Shown: in pieces, positions 45,362 through 54,869 of the stretch
Numbering within the stretch: position 1 is the stretch's first letter
How the letters are laid out: each line of letters opens with the position of its first letter
Assembly: GCA_040767525.1 (NCBI GenBank)
Contig: JAXGOJ010000009.1
Location: 1,199-65,198, forward strand
DNA: 64,000 nucleotides
Source of the DNA: Bacillota bacterium
GTDB taxonomy: Bacteria; Bacillota; Sulfobacillia; Fermentithermobacillales; Fermentithermobacillaceae
Reading direction: 5' to 3'
Notes under the pieces: generated by a model
What the model saw: the letters and a program-made list of their open reading frames with translations, nothing else
What the model was told of the DNA's origin: nothing
The model's database searches: none
Position numbers and translations under genes: made by a program

Positions 45362-46960
45362 CTATTTCTCGAAGTAGGCTTTGCCAATATTGATCCAGCC
45401 CTGGTAAAGGCCGGACATACCGCACTCATCAAGATTTACGTTAGAATTGGTACCCCAAATCCTTTCGGCGGAATAGAGCCACAGCATAGCACGGTCCTTG
45501 GTAACCTCGTACTGAATTTCATCCCACAACGATTTTGCGGTGGCCTCATCTGTTGCAGCCATGGCTTCAGCAAATTTCGCTTTTATATTGTCGTTTACAT
45601 ACGTAGTGTACTGGCCTTCAGAATACATCCCCTTATATCTGGAGGCAGCAGGGCCCATGGTCATGCCGTTATAGGCAAGTTCAAAATCCCTCTCGGGGCT
45701 AAATACCCTCTGGGTGAACACAGGGATATCTCCGGGATTCCATCTAATGTTGATGCCGGCCTTCTTGCATGTGTCAATCATCACAACGATGCTGGGATTA
45801 TCGGCGATGGATGTAATCATCTCAAAGTCAAGGACCTGGCCGTCCTTTTCGCGAATACCTTCTGAATTCAGCACCCAGCCATCATCCTCTAGAACCTCAA
45901 TAGCTTTTTCTACGCTAAACTCGAAGGCTAATGCGTCAGCAGCTGACGGGTTATAATAGGTATCCGCAGGGGTAAAGCAGCTTGCCATGGGAACAGCTCT
46001 TTCCTGGTTGGCAAGGATCTGGCTCTCGCGATCCATGAGGTAACTCAAAGCAATCCTAACAGGTAACTGGCTCAGCCTTGGGTCAGCATGGTTCATCATA
46101 ACAACCCGCATGTTTCCTGAAGGAAAGCCGGCAAAACTGCAGCCATCAGCACCGTCTAGTTTCTGGGCGAGAAGATACGAAACCTGCATTATTTGCACCT
46201 GGCCGGATTCAAAAGCAACCTCCGCGGCATCAGTATCGCCGATGAACTGGAGTATAATCCCATCAAGATAGGGCTTGCCATCCCAGTAGTCATCGAAACG
46301 CTCTACTTTTACGTATTCGCCAACTTTGTATTCGACCCACTTGAAAGGTCCGATACCTACGAAAGCCGAAGAATCAGAGACTTGATCCCATGTGGTAGGG
46401 TCTATTTTGCTCCAAATGTGTTCGGGAAGAACACAATACTCCATGAAATTCCAGGGAAAGAAGGGGTCCGGTTGTTTGAGAACATAGTCTACAGTGTACG
46501 TGTCTGTCTTGTTTACAGTAAAACCACTGTAATCATGGGACTTCTCAACACTATCGACTTTTTCATGATAATCATAGTAAAATACTACATCGTCAGCGGT
46601 AAACTCCTCACCGTCATGCCACTTCACGCCTTCACGCAAATGGACTGTATACGTCAAGCCGTCGTCGGAAAGGTCGTACCCCGTGGCCAGCCTTGGGACA
46701 AGATTGGCGTTGGCATCTTTAGCGAACAATGTCTCATGCATGCAACCCCGCAATAAACCGCCTGTTCCATCTCTGGTCAAATAGAAGTTTGGTTGCCGCA
46801 TATCCTGCCTAAGACGTAAGGTCATCCATCCGCCGTACTTGTCATCCCCAGACACATCGTCGTCAGGTTCAACAGGAGTAGGCGAACAACCTGTCACCAA
46901 AAGGCTAAAAACCATAACGGTAAGTATCATTACCAGGAAACGTGTCTTCTTGGTGATCAT
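45362..46960 (-). CDS. Oligopeptide-binding lipoprotein (family 5 SBP), system II
   Basis: Lipobox LVTGC, LREGVKWHDGEEFTADDV, GIGPFK. Confidence 0.93.
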   Translation of the reverse strand: MITKKTRFLVMILTVMVFSLLVTGCSPTPVEPDDDVSGDDKYGGWMTLRLRQDMRQPNFYLTRDGTGGLLRGCMHETLFAKDANANLVPRLATGYDLSDDGLTYTVHLREGVKWHDGEEFTADDVVFYYDYHEKVDSVEKSHDYSGFTVNKTDTYTVDYVLKQPDPFFPWNFMEYCVLPEHIWSKIDPTTWDQVSDSSAFVGIGPFKWVEYKVGEYVKVERFDDYWDGKPYLDGIILQFIGDTDAAEVAFESGQVQIMQVSYLLAQKLDGADGCSFAGFPSGNMRVVMMNHADPRLSQLPVRIALSYLMDRESQILANQERAVPMASCFTPADTYYNPSAADALAFEFSVEKAIEVLEDDGWVLNSEGIREKDGQVLDFEMITSIADNPSIVVMIDTCKKAGINIRWNPGDIPVFTQRVFSPERDFELAYNGMTMGPAASRYKGMYSEGQYTTYVNDNIKAKFAEAMAATDEATAKSLWDEIQYEVTKDRAMLWLYSAERIWGTNSNVNLDECGMSGLYQGWINIGKAYFEK

Positions 46961-47030
46961 AACTCAATTCTCCTTTCGCTTTTGACCCAGGAAAGTCTCT
47001 CGAACAAAACACTGGTTAGCAGCTATGTAC

Positions 47031-48080
47031 TTATATTGCTACAAGCCTGTGCTGCCCTTTTTGACAAGCCAAACGGGCAGCTACCTCTGCCGTCATCAGA
47101 TCCTGTATACCAATTCCGGTGCTATCGAACAGAGTTATCTCATTCCTGCTTCGCCGGCCGGGAATAACACCCCTGATAACGTCTCCTATCTCGGCAATAT
47201 CTCCTTTTTTCAATATCCCCCCCTTATGAGCTTTTTCACATTCTCCTACGGCAATCACTTGAGAGGTATCGTCGGCAAACACCCGGGCCATGCCCAGCAG
47301 ATTCTCTTCAATTTCCTGCTTCCCTTTCATGTCTGCACCGATACACGACAGGTGTGTGCCCGGCATCACCCATTCTGTCTTCACCAGCGCTTTCCGGGAC
47401 GGGGTAGCTGTGAGAATTATGTCTGCCTGACGGCAAGCCCTCTCCAAATTCTCAGAGACAGTGTACTCGATGTCCATCCGGCCAATCATCAGGTCGTAAT
47501 GAGGGGTTCCCCTGTAGTGACTGACATACTCGTTCACCATCTTGTCCTTAAGTCCGGCGGCAAATCTTCTTGCCTGCTCAAAGGACATGGGATCGTGGAT
47601 AGTGACTTTCTGGATACCCTCCATGACCTCGAGTGTAGCCATAATCAAGTTGATAGCCTGTGTACCGGCACCTATCATCAACAAGTTTTCAGAATCATGG
47701 CGGGCCAGGTACCTGGCACCTACCGCGCCGGCGGCACCTGTACGCATGCAGGTTATCCGGGTACCATCCATCACGCTCTTCAACTTGCCGGTCTCACGGT
47801 CGAAGATAACGATGGTACCGGTAAGGGCAGGAATCCCCAGCCGGACATTACCTGAAAACCAGCTTACCAGCTTCAACCCAAATATACCGGCACCGTCTAC
47901 GGTACCGCTCTTTATATCCATCTCTGCCTTACCATCTTCAAATGAGTGGCAGACCAAAGGGAACAACTGGGCCTCGCCGCTGCACTTATAAGCATAAGCT
48001 TGCCTTACGGCCTCAATAACGCTCTTCATATCAAGAACAGATGCTATGTCTTCTTGGCTTAGTATCATTACCTCCGGCAT
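47031..48080 (-). CDS. Ornithine cyclodeaminase / mu-crystallin family protein
   Basis: GLKLVS, ITCMRTGAAGA, IGAGTQA, GADMKGKQE, FDSTG..QD. Confidence 0.92.
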   Translation of the reverse strand: MPEVMILSQEDIASVLDMKSVIEAVRQAYAYKCSGEAQLFPLVCHSFEDGKAEMDIKSGTVDGAGIFGLKLVSWFSGNVRLGIPALTGTIVIFDRETGKLKSVMDGTRITCMRTGAAGAVGARYLARHDSENLLMIGAGTQAINLIMATLEVMEGIQKVTIHDPMSFEQARRFAAGLKDKMVNEYVSHYRGTPHYDLMIGRMDIEYTVSENLERACRQADIILTATPSRKALVKTEWVMPGTHLSCIGADMKGKQEIEENLLGMARVFADDTSQVIAVGECEKAHKGGILKKGDIAEIGDVIRGVIPGRRSRNEITLFDSTGIGIQDLMTAEVAARLACQKGQHRLVAI

Positions 48081-48090
48081 ATTGTCCTCC

Positions 48091-48702
48091 TCAGAACCAA
48101 AGTTGAATGTCGTCATCCCTGCGGCACTCTTCACGAAGAATTCTTATAGCAGCATCCTTGTCACGCATAAGCATAGCCCCTATCAGTTTCTTGTGCTCTC
48201 GATGGGGTTCCTGGCAAAACTCCTGGTATAACCTCCGGCTTGGGGATCTGACAAGCTTGGCAAATGCGTTTTGCACTGCCGCTTCAAGGTACTCGTTGCC
48301 GGTAATTTCGGCCATGGCAAAATGGAACCGCAAGTTTGCTTCTGCAAACTCCTCATAGGCTACGCATTTGTCCTGACAAACCCTGTAAAGCCCTTCTATT
48401 TCCTGATCGGTGCAGTTGGCAATGATGCTGGCAACCACACCTTGTTCCAGTGTGTATCGTAAAAAGAGCAGCTTGTAATACTGGCTTTCCGATACTTCGT
48501 TAACGAAGTATCCCAAACGCGGGTATTTTCGCAGATAGCCCTCATGCACCAATATGTTCAATGCTTCCCGTGCGGGAGTTTTGCTGACGCCGTAATGCAT
48601 CGCCACTTCTTTTTCCGTGATAGGTTCGCTGGCATCATATTTCATTGCCATAATGGCCCTTTTCAAAGAATTGTAAATGGCGGAAGTCTTGGATTCAGTC
48701 AT
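48091..48702 (-). CDS. GntR family regulator (FCD domain)
   Basis: YGVSKTPAREAL HTH; FH...TGNEYL...EH. Confidence 0.92.
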   Translation of the reverse strand: MTESKTSAIYNSLKRAIMAMKYDASEPITEKEVAMHYGVSKTPAREALNILVHEGYLRKYPRLGYFVNEVSESQYYKLLFLRYTLEQGVVASIIANCTDQEIEGLYRVCQDKCVAYEEFAEANLRFHFAMAEITGNEYLEAAVQNAFAKLVRSPSRRLYQEFCQEPHREHKKLIGAMLMRDKDAAIRILREECRRDDDIQLWF

Positions 48703-48795
48703 CTAACCACACCTCAAGGGAATCTTACTGATGTCGTCCCGACGGCTTCCTAATTACAGTCACCCATGATGAAACGTTAGGACCGTCCCGGCGTT

Positions 48796-49968
48796 TCACC
48801 TTATGGGACAGTTACGGGCAACCTCAAGTGCCTTTCTTATGTCATTTTCAATAGTGAAAGGTGCCACAGACATACGTATGAAGCGACCGGCACTGAGGCT
48901 CAAGAATACACCGCTTCTCTGAAAATACTCATACCCTGCCTTAAGATCGCTCATCTCAAAAGCTATACTGTGGCAACGCCGATCCTTGTCCGCGGGAGTG
49001 GCTATAACATAACCCTGATTCAGCAAGCCGTCAAACAGCATCTCCACAAGATTTGAGATATGTGCATAGATATTATCCACGCCAATGCCAATTACCTGTT
49101 TGAGTCCTGCATTTAGACTATAGATCCCGGAAAAGTTCATTGTAGAGTTTTCAAGTTTGCGGGCATCTTTGGGGTCCTTTAGGACAAGTTCCCATCTATC
49201 ACCGCTTTTGTCGATGCTAATACAATCGTTGGCAGCCGCATATACCGGCCAAACCTGCTCCAACAGCTCATCACGGCAATACAGAAAACCTATACCCTCA
49301 GTGCCCAGCATACCCTTATAGCAAGCAGATGATATGGCATCAACCTGCCAGGCTTCAGCGTCACACGGACAGAAGCCAAGGCTCTGTATGGCATCTACTA
49401 CCAGGTATATGCCCTTTTCGCGGCAGCGGCGGGCCAATTCTTGAATATCTGTCCGGTATCCGCTGCAAGACTGTACATGACTGATGACTATCATGCGGGT
49501 GTTACCGTCAACATGCTGCCACAGCAAGTCTGGGGTCACGCTGACCTGATCCGGGGATACGGCTATCCGGCACTCTACTCCCCTGGGCTGCAAATTAAGA
49601 CAGGGTATCAACACTGACGGGTGTTCTTGATCATCGGTGACCACATTGTCTCCAGGACGAAACGGAAAACCCTGAAGTATCATGCTTATGCCCTCGTTGG
49701 TGTTCTTGGTAAAGGCTATGTTCTTTGGATCTACTCCCCCAAGCAGTGCAGCTAAGAGCTGACGGGTCTCGGCCACGACACTTATTATATTGCCCTTTCC
49801 GGCGCCTGAGGCCTTGACTATTTCAGGCGAAACATCTGACCAATCCTCTAAGAACCGGTACACAGCTTCTTTTGCAAACAGCGAACCGGAATTTTCGTAA
49901 GCAATGTCTAAGAATGTAGTATTCTGCGCGGCTGGAAACTGCTCGCGCAGTCTGTTTACCCAGTCCAC
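48796..49968 (-). CDS. PLP-dependent enzyme, aminotransferase class V
   Basis: FTKNTNEGI, EHPSV, VDAIQSLG, SACYKGML (PLP Lys). Confidence 0.9.
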   Translation of the reverse strand: MDWVNRLREQFPAAQNTTFLDIAYENSGSLFAKEAVYRFLEDWSDVSPEIVKASGAGKGNIISVVAETRQLLAALLGGVDPKNIAFTKNTNEGISMILQGFPFRPGDNVVTDDQEHPSVLIPCLNLQPRGVECRIAVSPDQVSVTPDLLWQHVDGNTRMIVISHVQSCSGYRTDIQELARRCREKGIYLVVDAIQSLGFCPCDAEAWQVDAISSACYKGMLGTEGIGFLYCRDELLEQVWPVYAAANDCISIDKSGDRWELVLKDPKDARKLENSTMNFSGIYSLNAGLKQVIGIGVDNIYAHISNLVEMLFDGLLNQGYVIATPADKDRRCHSIAFEMSDLKAGYEYFQRSGVFLSLSAGRFIRMSVAPFTIENDIRKALEVARNCPIR

Positions 49969-50861
49969 TATTTGACCTTCTTTCTTTTCATTGGCTCAAT
50001 TGGGCCATATGCCTTATCGTGATATTTCCTGATATTCGCGGTCTTGTCGATGACCGGTATCAAAAGCGGTTTTGCGCTGGCCATAAAGAATGTAATGCCT
50101 GGCCCGTGGCCGCTGAAAACACTGTCACCATGGACGATAATGCCAATGCTGGCGGCGCCTTCCTGAAACTTTGCACCGTAGCTGGTATCGATGTCGTTGA
50201 CCATTACTATGTCGCCCAGTTTAAGCTCGTGCAGGCCGCACCGTTTTATGTGCTCCCAGTCAGAAGTCATAAAATCTACATCACCCATGGGCCTGGAGCT
50301 ACCCATACCTGATCCCATAAGGACGGCAGGTACCACGCCGGCCACAGGTACGTGAAGCTTACCGTCTTTTTCCTCTATGTCCATGGCTTCCAGACATTCA
50401 GGATCGATGGAATTCACGTGTACGTCTGGGTAATCCAAAAGTTTCAAGCCAGTACCATAGGCTACTACCTGAACCTGGTCCTTAATATGCATTTCACGCA
50501 GGTCCCTCTGGTCAAATTCAATAACTACATGCCACGCCCCCGCGTGCTTTGCCACCACGTAACCTTCTGCTCCCTCAGCATTGCCTCCTATCACCTCAGC
50601 CTTGTTCCCCATACAGCAGACAGTGTAGTAGCACATGCGCTCTTTTTCGTCAGGATTATGGGTAGATGCGCCTGGTTCCAAATGGTCAGCTGCCCAACCG
50701 TATGCAGAATCGCCCGCCATAATATCGTATGTAATACCGCCGCAGCCAGGAAGCGCGCTTAGGCCTCCTGCCCTGTTAGCCTCTAAGCCTTCGGGCCATG
50801 CAGGATGTCTGATGACGCCGGACACGACTGTCTTGATGACTTTATCCTTATTTGTACGCAC
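49968..50861 (-). CDS. DUF4438 family protein (TM1086-like), function unknown
   Basis: MRTNKD, PG.GGITY..GD...W.ADHLEPG, C.GN.A....G.A.G..G.V..KH.G, MGSG.G, LKLGD.V, HGD....GHGPG. Confidence 0.85.
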   Translation of the reverse strand: MRTNKDKVIKTVVSGVIRHPAWPEGLEANRAGGLSALPGCGGITYDIMAGDSAYGWAADHLEPGASTHNPDEKERMCYYTVCCMGNKAEVIGGNAEGAEGYVVAKHAGAWHVVIEFDQRDLREMHIKDQVQVVAYGTGLKLLDYPDVHVNSIDPECLEAMDIEEKDGKLHVPVAGVVPAVLMGSGMGSSRPMGDVDFMTSDWEHIKRCGLHELKLGDIVMVNDIDTSYGAKFQEGAASIGIIVHGDSVFSGHGPGITFFMASAKPLLIPVIDKTANIRKYHDKAYGPIEPMKRKKVK

Positions 50862-50879
50862 AAAAACCCTCCTCTTTGC

Positions 50880-50934
50880 TTGTGATATATCTGTGGTATA
50901 TCACAAATGTATTACCAACGTTTGAAGTTGTCAA
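50880..50934 (-). promoter_or_regulatory. SigA promoter with palindromic operator for the DUF4438 operon
   Basis: TTGACA-N17-TACATT (50934-50906) followed by TTGTGATATA-N7-TATATCACAA (50880-50906). Confidence 0.75.
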
Positions 50935-51028
50935 TACAGAATGTTGATGAAACACTGGTTCTTGAAAAATATCAGACTCTAGAGCAAACTCAGGGTGGCC
51001 TGAGGATTTCACCTCTTAGAAAGGTAAT

Positions 51029-51058
51029 GTAAGAGAGCTGAGCGCTCAGCTCTCTTAC
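51029..51058. terminator. Perfect 30-bp palindrome after the orphan oppA
   Basis: GTAAGAGAGCTGAGCGCTCAGCTCTCTTAC. Confidence 0.7.
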
Positions 51059-51069
51059 CATGGGCCAGG

Positions 51070-52653
51070 TTATTTGAATTTGATCAGGCTGTAGTCTTGG
51101 AATGTCACACCTGCTGCACAACCTTCAGGAGACTGGGGATGACCGGTGATATCACTTGAATAAACAATAATACTACTGACTTCAATTAAGGGGACAATTG
51201 GGAGGTCCTTTGCCATAATCCTCTGAGCCTTCTTGTACAACTTTCCTCGCTCAGCCTGGTTACTTTCCTTTACCCCATCAAGGAGTGCTTGATCAAGCTC
51301 TTTACTACTGTAGGTACCAACAACGCGGATTGAACCACCGGTGCCAATCCTGCTGAACAGGTTGTGGGGGTCCGGGCCGTGGAAACCGTTGATCATGGTA
51401 AGGTCAAAGTTCATCTCTTCAAAGACACGGGGTAAATACCCTGCCATTTCAAGTTGTATGATGTTGAGGTTAATGCCGACTTTCTTGAACTGCTCTTTGA
51501 GAATGACAGCGCTGTCAGGTACTACAGGGTTAGGAAAGTGCACAAAATCCAGTGTCATGCGAAATCCGTCGGCATCAGGCTTGTATCCTGCTTGATCCAA
51601 CAAAGCATTGGCTTTGTCTATGTCATATTCCGGTGCAAGATCCTCATCGTTATATGCCCAGGCAATAGCAGGTGTATAGAACCCCCATGCTTCAGAACCA
51701 ATGCCATGAAAAGCCTTCTCCAAAATCTCCAAACGATCGATAGCCCTGGCAATAGATTCTCTTACACGATGATCCTGCAAAACCTCGTTCTTAAAGTTGA
51801 ACCCAAGGTACCATCTGGAGGGATACTCTTTCAATATTACAGTAGTTTTGGGATCCTGCTGTAAATTCTTGATCTCAGAATGCGGCGGCCCACCATAGCC
51901 TAGTATGTCAACTTCTCCGTTCTTGAAGGCCTGGAGTGCAGTATTTGGATCAGGAATAATCTGGAACACCAATCTCTTTATGGCCGGTGCACCTTTGAAA
52001 TAATCTTCATTTGCCTCTAGTTCTACACTCTCGCCTTGTTTCCATGAGACAAACTTGAAGGGGCCTGTACCTATAGGTTCCTGGTTGGCCGGATTGGTTG
52101 TCCAGTCAGTGCCTTCGTAAATATGCTTAGGCATGATAAAGCATCCATACCAGGACAAAAAACTAAGCAGGGCGGAGTCAGGCTGAGACATGTGGAGAAT
52201 TACAGTATGCTCATCAGGACATTCAACAGATTCAATGTTTTTGTACTCATTTAACATAACACCTGCGTTCTCTCGGATTGCCTCTAGCGTCCACTTGACG
52301 TCAGCAGAAGTAAAGAGTGTGCCATCGTGCCACTTCACGTTTTCCTCTAAATAGAAAGTATAGGTCAAACCGTCTTCCGAAATTGTCCAATCCTTGGCCA
52401 AATCGGGCCTAATCTCGAAGTCTCCAGTAAGTGTAACAAGTTTATTGAAAATATTCTGGTTAATAGAGTATGCCGGGTCATCGCTTTTCCAGTCGGGGTT
52501 AAAGCTCCCTGGATTCTCACGGTGGCTCACAATAAGGGTTGTCTTATCGGCTCTTCCCTGTTCTCCTGTCTCGCCAGTTTCCCTGGCACAACCTCCGAAT
52601 ACCGGTGAGCAAAGGAGAATCACAACGAGCAAACCTGCAAGTTTCCTTTTCAC
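51070..52653 (-). CDS. Oligopeptide-binding lipoprotein (family 5 SBP), orphan
   Basis: Lipobox VFGGC, VKWHDGTLFTSADV, PIGTGPFKF, RVRESIARAIDR. Confidence 0.93.
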   Translation of the reverse strand: MKRKLAGLLVVILLCSPVFGGCARETGETGEQGRADKTTLIVSHRENPGSFNPDWKSDDPAYSINQNIFNKLVTLTGDFEIRPDLAKDWTISEDGLTYTFYLEENVKWHDGTLFTSADVKWTLEAIRENAGVMLNEYKNIESVECPDEHTVILHMSQPDSALLSFLSWYGCFIMPKHIYEGTDWTTNPANQEPIGTGPFKFVSWKQGESVELEANEDYFKGAPAIKRLVFQIIPDPNTALQAFKNGEVDILGYGGPPHSEIKNLQQDPKTTVILKEYPSRWYLGFNFKNEVLQDHRVRESIARAIDRLEILEKAFHGIGSEAWGFYTPAIAWAYNDEDLAPEYDIDKANALLDQAGYKPDADGFRMTLDFVHFPNPVVPDSAVILKEQFKKVGINLNIIQLEMAGYLPRVFEEMNFDLTMINGFHGPDPHNLFSRIGTGGSIRVVGTYSSKELDQALLDGVKESNQAERGKLYKKAQRIMAKDLPIVPLIEVSSIIVYSSDITGHPQSPEGCAAGVTFQDYSLIKFK

Positions 52654-52770
52654 GTCTTAAACTCAGTCCCTTCCTTGATTCTTTGCTTAATATCTGATTG
52701 CCTCATCTACAACGGCACTACAGCGGTTATTGGTTTAGTGCATTGATCAAGACCGTCAAAACCCGGGCGT

Positions 52771-53946
52771 TCAATTTAGGTTTGCTTTTTGTTGAAAAAG
52801 ACCTCCTTTTAGATAGTAGCGAGGAATTCGTGGACTAATGACGGCGGTAACCTCAGCGGGTGTGCCAGGGTACAAGTCGCCAAACTCATATACAGGTTGA
52901 GCAACTCCGTGGTCACAACCGAATACTGTGACAATATCACCCTCTTTAGCTTCTGGAATGTCTGTTACATCAAGTGTTGTGTAATCTGATGAAAGTTGGC
53001 CTACAATTGGTGCCTTCTTACCATGAACCAGCATGGAACCTCGATTTGCAATAGTCCGTCGCAAACCGTCTGCAAAACCAACTGGAACCACTGCCAACCT
53101 GCTATCCCTTAATGTATGAAACATAGGGCCGTAGCTCACCGGCGAGCCGGCTTTGACTTCTCTTATCTGGTATATCCGGGTCTTCATCTCTACGGTCACA
53201 TCAATATCAAGGCCTCCATAGGTATCCGGACGCAACCCATAAAGCAAAGACCCGACGCGTACATAGTCATAGCGGTAATCAGGATACCGGACTGTTGCTA
53301 AAGTGCTTGAACAATGCTTTTTGAGGTGTATCTTTGCCGCGTCAAGCCTGTTTGCTATTTCAGCAAAGGAAGACATCTGCTTTTCATTGAACTCGTCAGA
53401 ACCTGGCATCCCAGAAGAGGCGGTGAAATGTGTAAACAATCCCACTGCATCTATCCCTTTAGAGCAGTCCATTTGAGTATCTCTGCCAACCTCATCTGAC
53501 CTGCCCTCCACAGGGTTCCAGCCGCCTGGAGCAGACTATTTTGATGTGCTCCTTTTATGGATTTACCTGCGGCTTTTTACTGCTTTAGACAAAGCCCCGG
53601 CATGTCCCAGGTTTATTGTTAGAGCAACTTCGATACTTTCATCCACCGCTGCTGTAGTGCAGCCTAGTATGCTGAGGATTGATCGCCTACCGCATCACGA
53701 GTATCGGTGCCTTATACGCGAATATCCCAATGCCAGGGCTACTTTCCATGCACACCACTCCAAACATGGGCACAACCAAGGGATTCGAGTTCACGGGCAA
53801 CTGCAACAGCACTATACTATAGGCATTCGCCTTGACCACAGCAATAACCTGGCAATCCGGCCCTATATGTTCTTTGACAGTTTGGTAATTGCGGCCTATG
53901 GCATCGAGATCAACTTCAAGCCAGGTCCTGTTTTCATATACTCCAT
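52771..53946 (-). pseudogene. Alanine racemase-family protein, disrupted in N-half
   Basis: RTWLEVDLDAI..N...VIAVVKANAY; FTHF, VRVGSLLYG, VSYG, GFADGL, ISPRIPR; frame breaks 53520-53800. Confidence 0.85.
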
Positions 53947-54324
53947 TACTCCCATCTCCTCTTCGTCTCATGCCGAAACTATCCGCTGCCCAAACATTGA
54001 ATCTCCTCAAAAACACCACGTCTGCCTTCTGTATATCTTTGAATCCAGAAGATCCTTGTCACTGATGTAACAAAATCATCTTATCCAATTGTGCCATAAT
54101 TTCCTTCTTTACTTACCAGCATTCTACAACTTTTCGAAACATACGCCTTTGAAAAGAGTCCCGATTTCTCTGGAAATGAAGAGTACCTTCTGGCGAGCAT
54201 GAAAAGAGAGGAGTTCCTCACATTGCAGTTGCGTGATGCAGAAAATCTTATCATAGTGCAAATGCTCAAGTAACCCCAGCAGATGAAGGTACAGAGTACG
54301 CAGCCTTCTTGCCTTTCACCAGGG

Positions 54325-54700
54325 TTATTTGAATTTAAATTCCACACTCTCTCCTTGCTCTTCCAGGAGACAAACTTGAACGGGCTCGTACCTATAGGTT
54401 CTGCTTCTACTGGATTGGTTGTCCAATCAGCGCCTTCGTAGATATGCTTGTAATAATAAAGCAGGCGCATACCATGACAAGAAACCAAATAAAGCAAAGA
54501 ATAAGGCCAGACATATGAGAAACACTCAAAAGTGTTTGCAGTCGTTATCCACACAACATCCTTCAAACACCTTCTTTTGAGTGCCGTTATTTGCTACTGA
54601 GTAACACCTCCCGACGAATCATGTACTGTAAGAGGTCACAACCATAAAGGTGCATGGCATTTAACTTGCTCCTAATCACTAACTATCATACTCGCCGATA
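54325..54700 (-). pseudogene. Internally deleted paralog of the orphan oppA
   Basis: KHIYEGADWTTNP..EPIGTSPFKFVSW matches 52020-52200; joined directly to AAATTCAAATAA, identical to the orphan oppA 3' end. Confidence 0.85.
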
Positions 54701-54869
54701 AACCTCCTCCTGAGATTTTTCGCGGTGCAAACATGATCCATTGTGGGTGCGCATTCTATAGGTTACGATAAAAAGTCCTTCGATCTGCGCTCGTATTACA
54801 GCGCTAAACCATAAACTTACCAACTGGCTTTGCTTTTCTTTTTGTCAAGATACCAACCTGGTGGCGTTC

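Noticed and set aside
37822-47991. Long + strand ORFs such as 37822-38538 and 47025-47855
   Set aside because: Antisense shadows of well-supported - strand genes with no recognisable motifs
35650-51020. Integrative mobile element
   Set aside because: No integrase, transposase, att repeat or tRNA target found; only a cassette-like arrangement
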